Shown one piece after another: positions 1 through 8,250 of a stretch of DNA of 16,686 nt. A program made the translations under genes and the position numbers. Within the stretch, counting starts at the first letter, position 1. The number at the start of each line of letters is the position of its first letter. This DNA comes from Candidatus Eiseniibacteriota bacterium (GTDB lineage: Bacteria > Eisenbacteria > RBG-16-71-46), in NCBI GenBank assembly GCA_031370785.1, contig JANMQY010000108.1:1-16686 (forward strand), in the 5' to 3' direction. Below the pieces are notes generated by a model that was not told the origin of the DNA, did not search any database, and saw only the letters and a list, made by a program, of their open reading frames with translations.

Positions 1-800
<800 letters not shown>

Positions 801-950
801 CGAAAAACTCCTTAGGAGGTATGAACGCACCCGGCCAGTGTTGCACCGGCGGATCCGGCCGTGGGCGCAGCATGACGAGGTGGTGAGCGGCCCGACGGAC
901 GGGAGGGATGTCCAGCGCGAGCGGCAGGGACCGGTCACGAAGGACGCAGG

Positions 951-980
951 AATGTACCCGAGCGCCCTCGCGCCCGGCAA
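951..980 (-). promoter_or_regulatory. Putative sigma70-type promoter for hppA
   Basis: Minus strand TTGCCG (980-975), 18-nt spacer, TACATT (956-951), implying a 5' UTR of about 145 nt. Confidence 0.5.
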
Positions 981-1031
981 GCGGGATCAATCCGGGCTGC
1001 CGAAAATGCGGGGATGATCGGCCGCGGCCCC

Positions 1032-4000
1032 TCAGTGAACGACGGCGACCCGGGCTTCCGCGACGCGCGCGCTCTGGCTGAGGCGGAGGAAATAGAGCCC
1101 CGGCGCAAGTGTGCCGCGTTCCTCGAGCGCAACCTGATGCGCGCCCGCAGTGGGCGAATCGAAGGTGTGCTCGCGCACCCGGCGTCCGGTCACATCGAGC
1201 AGTTCGAGCCGGGCGCGGTCCGAATTCGCAAGGGTGAAGCTGACCGTGAGCGGGCCGCGCGTCGGATTTGGCCTCGCGCCGGAGATCGCAAGCGCGAGCG
1301 CGTTCGGCACATCTACCCAGGTCTCTGCGCTGGTCGCGGTCGTATTGCCCGAAGCAATGCGCAGCCGGTATCCGAAGCGCTCGCCGGCCGTGACCTCGTG
1401 GTCCTCGTAGGCAATCCGGCCGGCGGCGTCGGCGCTCACGCCGGCCAGCGTGGACCAGCCGGAGGATGAAGGGCCGCTGCGTTCGATCGAGGCGTTCGTG
1501 ATGGCGATCTGTCCCAGCACCCAGACCAGCGAAACACGATCGGGCAGCGCGTTCGCGCTCACGAGCGATGCCACGACGGCGGTCGGCGCCGAGATCGGGC
1601 TGATGTTGGGGACCGAGATGATGCTGTGCGCCTGGAGACAGCCGACTGCCACGTCCACGCGGCCGTCTCCGTCGAAATCCCCGGCCGCGATCGTCGTCGC
1701 GTAATGTTCGACGGCGTAGCCGCCATAGGTCGAAACCGAGGGCATGCACTCCAGACCCTGGGCGCCGAGGCTATGAAACGCGCTGAAGCGACCGCTCTCG
1801 CTGCTCGCGACGTTCGCGATCGCGACATCGTCGAGCCCATCGCCATCGAAGTCCGCGACGGTGGCCATGATCGGATCGTTCCCGGCGCGGTATTCAGATG
1901 ATGCAGACAAGGCACGACCCGCCAGTCCCGTCACGACGTTGATTTCGCCCTGCGAGTCGTTTCCACAGCGGGTGACGACGACGTCGCGTCGTCCATCGCC
2001 ATTGAAGTCACCGGTCTGAATGTCGGTCGAAGGAAGGTAGTAGTTCTGCGAAGTTGGCAGGAGATTCTGCGTGAGCACCGAGGAGGTGACCGCCGGAAAT
2101 CCCGTTCCGTTGCTCCACAGGACCGCGAGCGTGTCACCCGCGTAGTATGCGTCCCCGAAGGCGACGAGCAGATCCGCGCGGCCGTCGCGATCCATATCGG
2201 CTGCGCGTACCGCGCGAACAACCGAGGGAAGCGCTCGTCCGAAGTCCATCGCCCCGCCGAAGTGGCCTGCACCATCGCCCGGCACGACTCCGATGTTTCC
2301 GTTGCCGAGCGTGACGGAGAGATCGGGGAGACCGTCGCCGGTGAAATCTCCGGCCGCGAGGAACGGGCCGGAGGTGACCGTGGTCGGCGGGGCGAATCCA
2401 CCCGTGCCGTTCGCGAGTCGCACCAGCGTCGTACCGTCGATTGCGATCACGACATCCTGCAGCCCGTCGTGATTGAAGTCCTCGAGTGCCGCGAATGCGC
2501 CGGTGCTGAAGCTGTCGGGATCGGCAAAGGTCCCGTTGCCGCGGTTGCGCATGATCCACACCGCGCCACTGCCAGAGGCGATGAGATCGGGCGCCGCGCC
2601 AGTGCGAATGCGTCCCGCGCCCATGGCATAGGGTCCCGACATCAGCGGCCGGCGCGCGGGGGCGACCAGTTGGGGTGCGCGAAGCCCGGGCAGCAGGAAC
2701 GTGCCGCCGCCGCTGTAGGAATTCCTGCGGCCAACGACCAGATCCGGCACATGGTCCCCGGTGATGTCGGCGATCGCCAGAGCGCCCGTGTCACGCGCGC
2801 CGTCCGCGTCGCCGGCGTGCCAGAACATCGGTGCCTCGAACGTGCCGCTGCCGTCGCCCCGAAAGAAAGCGGCGCTCAGACACTTGCTGTCATAGCAGTC
2901 ACCGTCGTTGTATGTGAGCACCAGGTCGAGTCGGCCATCACCGTCGAGGTCCGCCAGCCGTGCACCGCTCGCATAGGCGCCCCCCGGGGTCGGGGTCGGG
3001 CTGACGACGACAGGAGAGCCGAAAGCTCCGCCCGGTCCCGCGAGCAGGACGTCGGCCTGGTTGTAGAAATTCGAGCTGAGGACAAGGTCATCGCGACCAT
3101 CGCCATTCAGATCGCCGGCGGAAATGGTCCACGGATTGAGACTCAGCGAGTAATCGCTCCGCGACCCGAGTGTCCCGCCGCCCTGATTGAGCAGGACGCT
3201 CAGTGCGCGAGGGGGGTTCGATCCATACCCGGGGATGATCTGGGCGACCGCAACGTCGAGCCGACTGTCGCCGTTGAAATCTCCAAGAACGAGCCGCCCC
3301 GAGGCACCACCCGGCACCGCATGACGCGTCGCCGTGAGAAATGCGCCGCCGCCCGCGTTGAGAAGCACGGTCAGAGTGCTGTCGCCGGCGACCGTCGCGA
3401 GATCCAATCGTCCGTCGCCATCGAGATCTCCACTCGCGACTGACCACTGGCCCCTCGGAAGAACAATTGGTTGCGCCGCCGCAAAGGTTCCGTCGCCATT
3501 GCCGTGCAGGAACGCCAGCCCCGGCGCGTCATTCATCGCGGCTGCCAGATCCAGATTCCCGTCGCCGTCGAAGTCCCCAGCGGTGACCCCCGATGGCCTG
3601 GCCGGCAGCGAATAGACAGCCGCTGGCCCGAGCCCTCCGCCGCTCGCGAGCATGACAGCGAGTCCGCCCGGATACTCGACCATCGCGACATCCGCGCGTC
3701 CGTCAGCGTTGAAATCGCCGGTCGCGATATCGGAGGGTGACTGTCCGGAGTTGAGGGCCCGCGGCGTGGCGAAATCGACGGGCTGCATAGTCTGCGCTGC
3801 GAAAGGCTGGACGGGGATAGTCATCATCATTCGCGCGGCGCGCTGCCTCGCCACGGTCTGAGAATCCGGCGCGAGCGGCACCCACGGATGCGCCGAGTCC
3901 AGCATCGGGCCGAGCGGTTGGCCGGTCTGTCGCGCGATTTCGGCGAGACGTGCGCCCAGCGGAGACAGACGCCGGATGGCATCGTAGGCGCGCGCGGGTA

Positions 4001-4091
4001 CAGCAACGCCGAGCAGCGCTCCGACCAGGAGCGACACACGGACGATCACGTTCGGGAAGGAGCGCAAGGGTGAGGCTTGCTGCTGCGTCAT
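1032..4091 (-). CDS. Secreted FG-GAP/VCBS repeat protein (14 repeats, probably two 7-bladed beta-propellers) with an Ig-like domain and a T9SS type-A-like C-terminal sorting domain
   Basis: Signal peptide ...VSLLVGALLGVAVPARA. Repeated GD[FL][ND]GDG..D motifs (13 clear plus degenerate GRIRTGAAPD). C-terminus LAISGARPNP...LELLDVTGRRV...LAPGLYFLRL...RVAVVH. AAGGGA lies upstream of the ATG. Confidence 0.9.
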   Translation of the reverse strand: MTQQQASPLRSFPNVIVRVSLLVGALLGVAVPARAYDAIRRLSPLGARLAEIARQTGQPLGPMLDSAHPWVPLAPDSQTVARQRAARMMMTIPVQPFAAQTMQPVDFATPRALNSGQSPSDIATGDFNADGRADVAMVEYPGGLAVMLASGGGLGPAAVYSLPARPSGVTAGDFDGDGNLDLAAAMNDAPGLAFLHGNGDGTFAAAQPIVLPRGQWSVASGDLDGDGRLDLATVAGDSTLTVLLNAGGGAFLTATRHAVPGGASGRLVLGDFNGDSRLDVAVAQIIPGYGSNPPRALSVLLNQGGGTLGSRSDYSLSLNPWTISAGDLNGDGRDDLVLSSNFYNQADVLLAGPGGAFGSPVVVSPTPTPGGAYASGARLADLDGDGRLDLVLTYNDGDCYDSKCLSAAFFRGDGSGTFEAPMFWHAGDADGARDTGALAIADITGDHVPDLVVGRRNSYSGGGTFLLPGLRAPQLVAPARRPLMSGPYAMGAGRIRTGAAPDLIASGSGAVWIMRNRGNGTFADPDSFSTGAFAALEDFNHDGLQDVVIAIDGTTLVRLANGTGGFAPPTTVTSGPFLAAGDFTGDGLPDLSVTLGNGNIGVVPGDGAGHFGGAMDFGRALPSVVRAVRAADMDRDGRADLLVAFGDAYYAGDTLAVLWSNGTGFPAVTSSVLTQNLLPTSQNYYLPSTDIQTGDFNGDGRRDVVVTRCGNDSQGEINVVTGLAGRALSASSEYRAGNDPIMATVADFDGDGLDDVAIANVASSESGRFSAFHSLGAQGLECMPSVSTYGGYAVEHYATTIAAGDFDGDGRVDVAVGCLQAHSIISVPNISPISAPTAVVASLVSANALPDRVSLVWVLGQIAITNASIERSGPSSSGWSTLAGVSADAAGRIAYEDHEVTAGERFGYRLRIASGNTTATSAETWVDVPNALALAISGARPNPTRGPLTVSFTLANSDRARLELLDVTGRRVREHTFDSPTAGAHQVALEERGTLAPGLYFLRLSQSARVAEARVAVVH

Positions 4092-4321
4092 GGGGGCATT
4101 CCCTTGGCGTTCCGGCCACGGCCTGTGGGGAGAGCTAGGGAAACTTCAAACGGAGCGCATCGCTGCGCACGTCGTGGGGGTCGCAAGAGTGAGGCCGGTC
4201 TTTCCTTGGACTCCTCTGCTTTCTGCGACCGGCTGCCCCGGAAAGAGTTACACGCCAATGCTCGTGCGAACTCTGAGCCGGAATCGCTCGTTCGCGCCCG
4301 TGAACTTGTAAGTATTTCCGA

Positions 4322-4344
4322 CTCGAATTCCCCTTTCGACACCA
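4322..4344 (+). other. tRNA 3'-end-like fragment (possible att-site scar, tRNA-Leu-like)
   Basis: cTCGAAT (T-loop, 7 nt), TCCCC (T-stem 3' strand, 5), TTTCGAC (acceptor 3' strand, 7), A, CCA match tRNA spacing exactly. The upstream sequence does not supply the matching 5' strands. Confidence 0.5.
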
Positions 4345-4345
4345 C

Positions 4346-4351
4346 ATTATA
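4346..4351 (-). promoter_or_regulatory. Consensus -10 box (TATAAT) facing the FG-GAP gene
   Basis: ATTATA at 4346-4351 on the plus strand stands out in GC-rich DNA. No good -35 was found. Confidence 0.35.
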
Positions 4352-4474
4352 AGAGGGGTGGCCGGACCGCGGCCTGGCCCGCCAGTCCGCCCCCAGAGGG
4401 AGCCGGAGCTGCGATCTGCGCCGCCCGTTCGAACGCCTCGGTCCGCGGCATGTTCGCGCAGCCTGCCGCTACCC

Positions 4475-4483
4475 TGTGATACT
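4475..4483 (+). promoter_or_regulatory. Putative extended -10 promoter giving a near-leaderless transcript
   Basis: TG-T-GATACT ends 8 nt before ATG 4492, and no SD precedes the ATG. Confidence 0.4.
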
Positions 4484-4491
4484 GAAACCCC

Positions 4492-5427
4492 ATGGCTCCT
4501 CCGCGCGTCGTCTCGCTGATCGCTTCGAGCACGGAGATGGTGTGCGCGCTCGACTGCGGCGACTGGCTGGTCGCTCGCTCGCACGAGTGCGATTACCCCG
4601 CGTGGGTTCGCAAGCTGCCCGCCATCACCGCGCCGAAGTTTCCAACCGACGCCGCCTCGCCGGCGCTCGATCGCAGCGTGCGCGCCCTGGTCGAGCAGGG
4701 CGTCTCGGTGTACCGGGTGGATGCCGACGCGCTCGCGGCGCTCCGGCCCGACGTGATCATCACTCAGACCCAATGCGAAGTCTGCGCGGTGAGTCTCGCC
4801 GACGTCGAGAAGGCGGTGCGCGAGGTGGCGGGCCCGAAGGTTCGCATCGTGTCGCTCGAACCCAATGCGCTCGAGGACATCCTGCGCGACTATCGCCGCG
4901 TGGCCGACGCGCTTGGCGTGCCCGAGCGAGGCGTGCAGCAGATCACCCGGCTCACCGCGCGCATGAATGGCGTGGCCGCGCGTGCCACCGGCCTTCTGCC
5001 GCGCCCGCGCATCGCGTGCATCGAGTGGATGGATCCGCTCATGGCAGCGGGCAACTGGACGCCGCAGCTCATCGAACGTGCGGGCGGCATCGACCTGTTC
5101 GGCAAAGCCGGCGTGCACGCGCCGCGTCTCACCTGGGCCGAGCTGGCGGACGCCGATCCGGACATGGTGTGGGTGACGCCGTGCGGCTTCGACCTCGCGC
5201 GCATTCGGTCCGAGATGCCCGCGCTCACCTCGCATGCCGAGTGGCGCGCGCTGCGCGCGGTGCGCGAAGGCCGCGTCTTTCTCGGAGACGGCAACGCGTT
5301 CTTCAACCGTCCCGGGCCGCGCGTGGCCGAGACGCTCGAGATCCTCGCCGAGGCGCTGCATCCGGAAGCGTTCCGGTACGGACACGAGGGCACCGGCTGG
5401 GAGCGCCTCGCCCGACCGAACAACTGA
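4492..5427 (+). CDS. BtuF/Peripla_BP_2-like 'cobalamin-binding' protein lacking a signal peptide
   Basis: RVVSLIASSTEMVCAL, L..LRPDVIITQ, IEWMDPLMAAGNW.PQLIERAGG, W.ALRAVREGRVF..DGNAFFNRPGPRV.E.LE.LA..LHP are typical of helical-backbone (TroA-like) binding proteins. Confidence 0.85.
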   Translation: MAPPRVVSLIASSTEMVCALDCGDWLVARSHECDYPAWVRKLPAITAPKFPTDAASPALDRSVRALVEQGVSVYRVDADALAALRPDVIITQTQCEVCAVSLADVEKAVREVAGPKVRIVSLEPNALEDILRDYRRVADALGVPERGVQQITRLTARMNGVAARATGLLPRPRIACIEWMDPLMAAGNWTPQLIERAGGIDLFGKAGVHAPRLTWAELADADPDMVWVTPCGFDLARIRSEMPALTSHAEWRALRAVREGRVFLGDGNAFFNRPGPRVAETLEILAEALHPEAFRYGHEGTGWERLARPNN

Positions 5428-5437
5428 GCTCGATTCT

Positions 5438-5467
5438 TTGCCCCGCGCTCCGGGGCTGTGTCACTCT
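5438..5467 (+). promoter_or_regulatory. Putative promoter for a leaderless methyltransferase mRNA
   Basis: TTGCCC (5438-5443), 18-nt spacer containing TG at the extended -10 position, CACTCT (5462-5467), then 7 nt to ATG 5475. No SD is present. Confidence 0.4.
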
Positions 5468-5474
5468 GCGCGCC

Positions 5475-6017
5475 ATGCCGACCTCCGAGCACTGGCAGAT
5501 CCCGTTCGTGTGCGAGGTGATCGCGCGCCAGAAGCCGGCCGGGGTCCTCGACGTGGGCGCGGGCTACGGCAAGTACGGCGTGCTCGCGCGCGAGTATTCG
5601 GGCGCGACGGTGGTGGACGCGGTCGACGTCGCGCCTCCGCGCTACCCGGTCTACAACCGGGTGTTCGTCGGCGACCTGCGCCAGATCGATACGATCCTGC
5701 CCGCCGATGCCGGACCCTACGACCTCGCGCTGTTCATCGACGTGATCGAGCACCTCGAGAAGAGCGAGGCATTCACCCTGCTCGATGCGCTCACCCGCCG
5801 CGCGCAGAGGGTGCTGATCACGACCCCGCTCGGCTTTCGCCGACAGGAGATTCCCGGGCTGCCGTACGAGAAGCACCGTTCGGGCTGGTACCCGTGGGAT
5901 TTTTCCGGACGCTATGTGCTTCACACCTGGCAGGTGTTCCCGGGTCACTTCACGCGCCACCTTCGCCTGCCGCGCCTGTGGCAGCTGCTGGCAGTGGTGA
6001 GCCGAAAGGCGGCTTGA
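5475..6017 (+). CDS. Class I SAM-dependent methyltransferase (180 aa)
   Basis: 3' part of ORF 4476..6017. Starts MPTSEHWQIP; motif I VLDVGAGYGKYG, then VDAVDV, YDLALFIDVIEHL, VLITTP. Confidence 0.85.
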   Translation: MPTSEHWQIPFVCEVIARQKPAGVLDVGAGYGKYGVLAREYSGATVVDAVDVAPPRYPVYNRVFVGDLRQIDTILPADAGPYDLALFIDVIEHLEKSEAFTLLDALTRRAQRVLITTPLGFRRQEIPGLPYEKHRSGWYPWDFSGRYVLHTWQVFPGHFTRHLRLPRLWQLLAVVSRKAA

Positions 6018-6098
6018 TCGAACCGGCTTCTGCGAATCGGGCCATCCACTTCCGGGCGGAGTGCGGCTCGGTTCGCCGCCGGACTTGCGAATTGCAGG

Positions 6099-6128
6099 TT
6101 GGTCAAGCAACCGGGGCCGCGCTAGTCT
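6099..6128 (+). promoter_or_regulatory. Putative promoter of the acyl-CoA dehydrogenase gene
   Basis: TTGGTC (6099-6104), 18-nt spacer, TAGTCT (6123-6128). Confidence 0.35.
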
Positions 6129-6195
6129 CGGCTTCGGCCCGGTCCCGCCTTTGCATGGATTCCCAGAGGGCCGGACCCACAACCGAACGGAAGCC

Positions 6196-8103
6196 ATGAC
6201 CGAATCCTCGAAATCCGCTCCGCACGTCTCCGAACTCGAAGCCCGCGCGGTCGCCGAAGCCTCTCGCGAGACCACGTGGGAGGCGCCGTCATTCGTGCGC
6301 GAGCTGTTCCTCGGCAAGCTCCGCCTCGAGCTGATCCATCCGCATCCCGAACCCGACCCGGACGAGCAGCGCCGCGGGCGCGAATTCACCGAGAAGCTCG
6401 AACGCTTCCTGCGCGACGAGGTCGACGCGGAGCAGATCGAGCGCGACGCGAAGATCCCGGACAGCGTCATCCGGCGCCTGCGCGAGCTGGGCGCGTTCGG
6501 CATCAAGATCCCGCGCGAGTACGGCGGGCTCGGGCTGTCGCAGTACACCTATGGCCATGCGATGGCGCTGATCGGCACCAAGAACGGGGCCCTGGTCGCA
6601 TTGCTCTCGGCGCATCAGAGCATCGGTGTGCCCCAGCCGCTCAAGCTGTTCGGAACCGAGGAGCAGAAGAAGAAGTATCTGCCGCGCCTCGCGAAGGGCG
6701 CGATCAGCGCGTTCGCCCTGACCGAGAGCGACGTGGGCTCGGATCCGGCCCGCATGGCGGTGACCGCGACGCCCACGCCTGATGGCGGTTCGTACGAGAT
6801 CAACGGCGACAAGCTGTGGTGCACGAACGGCGCGATCGCCGAGCTGCTGGTGGTGATGGCGCGCACGCCGGGCCGGGGCGGCAAGCCGGGTCCGATCAGC
6901 GCGTTCATCGTCGAGACCTCGACGCCGGGCGTCGAGGTGGTGCAGCGCTGCGAATTCATGGGCATCCGCGGAATCGAGAACGCGCTGCTGCGCTTCCACC
7001 GCGTGCGCGTGCCGAAGGAAAACCTGCTGTGGGGCGAGGGCAAGGGGCTCAAGCTCGCACTGGTCACGCTCAACACCGGACGGCTCACGCTGCCCGCGAC
7101 CTGCGCCGCGGCGGGGAAGTGGTGCGTTCAGGTGGCGCGCCAGTTCGCGGCCGAGCGCGTGCAGTGGGGCCGGCCGGTCGGGCAGCACGAAGCGGTCGCG
7201 CAGATGATCTCGGATATGGCCGCGCGCACGTACGCGATGGACGCGGTCGCCGACCTGGGCGCGTTGCTCGGGGACGCGGGCAAGAGCGACATCCGGCTCG
7301 AGGCAGCGATCGCCAAGCTGTGGAACAGCGATGTGGCGTGGGAGATCTGCGATGCGACGCTGCAGGTGCGCGGCGGGCGCGGCTACGAAACCGCGCGCTC
7401 GCTCGCGGCTCGTGGCGAGGCGCCGATCCCGGTCGAACAGCTGCTGCGCGATCTGCGCATCAACCGCATCTTCGAGGGCACCAATCAGGTGATGCGCCTG
7501 TTCATCGCGCGCGAGGCGCTGGACGTGCATCTGCGCGCGGCGGGCGACGTGGTCATGCCCGGTGTGCCGCTCGGCAAGCGTCTCAGGGGAATGGTGCGCG
7601 CGGGCCTTTTCTACGCGCAGTGGTACCCGACGCGCTGGCTCGGGTGGGGGCGCTGGCCGCAGTACGCCGGGTTCGGGCGGTTGGCCAGGCACGTGCGCTA
7701 CGTCGAGCGCACTTCGCGTCGCCTCGCGCGCCAGCAGTTCCACCTGATGGTGCTCAATGGCCCGGCGCTCGAGAAGAAGCAGGCGCTTCTGTTCCGCTGC
7801 GTGGACGTGGGCGCCGAGCTGTTCGCGATGATCGCGACCTGCGTGCGAGCGCATCGCGATGTGAAGCGCAATCCGGCCGACCGCACGCCGCTCGAGCTGG
7901 CCGATCTGTTCTGCCGCCTGTCGCGGCGCAAGGTCGAGCAACTGTTCGCGGGTCTCCAGTCGAACGATGATCCCGAGGCGTACCGCGTGGCGCGGCGCGT
8001 TCTGGACGGGAAGTACTCCTGGCTCGAGACCGGGATCATCCCGCCGCAGGAGGCGGCACAGCCGGCCGCCGACTCCGGCCACGAGGCCGCCGCCGGGCGC
8101 TAG
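6196..8103 (+). CDS. Acyl-CoA dehydrogenase, long (VLCAD/ACAD9-type) with C-terminal extension
   Basis: FGIKIPREYGGLG, AHQSIG, AFALTESDVGSD, NGDKLWCTNG, LNTGRL, GGRGYE, RDLRINRIFEGTN (catalytic Glu). Start moved to ATG 6196 (MTESSKSAPHVSE), in frame with ORF 6061..8103. Confidence 0.93.
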   Translation: MTESSKSAPHVSELEARAVAEASRETTWEAPSFVRELFLGKLRLELIHPHPEPDPDEQRRGREFTEKLERFLRDEVDAEQIERDAKIPDSVIRRLRELGAFGIKIPREYGGLGLSQYTYGHAMALIGTKNGALVALLSAHQSIGVPQPLKLFGTEEQKKKYLPRLAKGAISAFALTESDVGSDPARMAVTATPTPDGGSYEINGDKLWCTNGAIAELLVVMARTPGRGGKPGPISAFIVETSTPGVEVVQRCEFMGIRGIENALLRFHRVRVPKENLLWGEGKGLKLALVTLNTGRLTLPATCAAAGKWCVQVARQFAAERVQWGRPVGQHEAVAQMISDMAARTYAMDAVADLGALLGDAGKSDIRLEAAIAKLWNSDVAWEICDATLQVRGGRGYETARSLAARGEAPIPVEQLLRDLRINRIFEGTNQVMRLFIAREALDVHLRAAGDVVMPGVPLGKRLRGMVRAGLFYAQWYPTRWLGWGRWPQYAGFGRLARHVRYVERTSRRLARQQFHLMVLNGPALEKKQALLFRCVDVGAELFAMIATCVRAHRDVKRNPADRTPLELADLFCRLSRRKVEQLFAGLQSNDDPEAYRVARRVLDGKYSWLETGIIPPQEAAQPAADSGHEAAAGR

Positions 8104-8210
8104 CGCACGAAATCCTGGGCTTTGAAGCGGCGCGTCTGAAGCGGCTTTCCCGCCGGATCGGCTGGTTGGCCGGGCTGCTACCTGGCGCTCGCCTTACAGC
8201 AAACCCCGCA

Positions 8211-8239
8211 TTGCCCGCGAGCCCCCGCTAGGGCAGAAT
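8211..8239 (+). promoter_or_regulatory. Putative sigma70-type promoter for the ftsK operon
   Basis: TTGCCC (8211-8216), 17-nt spacer, CAGAAT (8234-8239). Confidence 0.45.
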
Positions 8240-8250
8240 GTCCCGCCAAA

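Noticed and set aside
814..823. Plus-strand AGGAGGT followed by ATG
   Set aside because: SD-to-start spacing is zero and no credible protein follows. It is better explained as part of the hppA leader.
1600..3760. Recurring nucleotide motifs as a CRISPR or tandem repeat array
   Set aside because: They are degenerate, irregularly spaced and fully explained by the FG-GAP protein repeats.
4260..4344. Complete tRNA or integron attC site
   Set aside because: There is no matching 5' acceptor or T-stem strand, D-arm or anticodon arm. Proper RYYYAAC/GTTRRRY ends and an integrase are also missing.
4088..4345. 85-aa minus-strand ORF starting MVSKGE (GFP-like start) with an ATGA overlap to the FG-GAP gene
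   Set aside because: MVSKGEFE is what the reverse complement of a tRNA 3' end translates to. There is no further GFP similarity and no SD, and the start directly abuts the -10 box. A uORF role is not excluded but is unsupported.
4364..4444. GGACCGCGGC / GCCTCGGTCC inverted repeat
   Set aside because: A 9/10 match about 60 nt apart in very GC-rich DNA is plausible by chance.
4100..4490. Cobalamin riboswitch upstream of the BtuF-like gene
   Set aside because: Only scattered fragments (GGGAA, CTGCCCC) are present, with no B12 box or ordered core.
4476..5474. Long N-terminal extension of the methyltransferase ORF (513 aa)
   Set aside because: It is an Arg-rich off-frame shadow of the BtuF-like gene. 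The MTase domain starts at ATG 5475.
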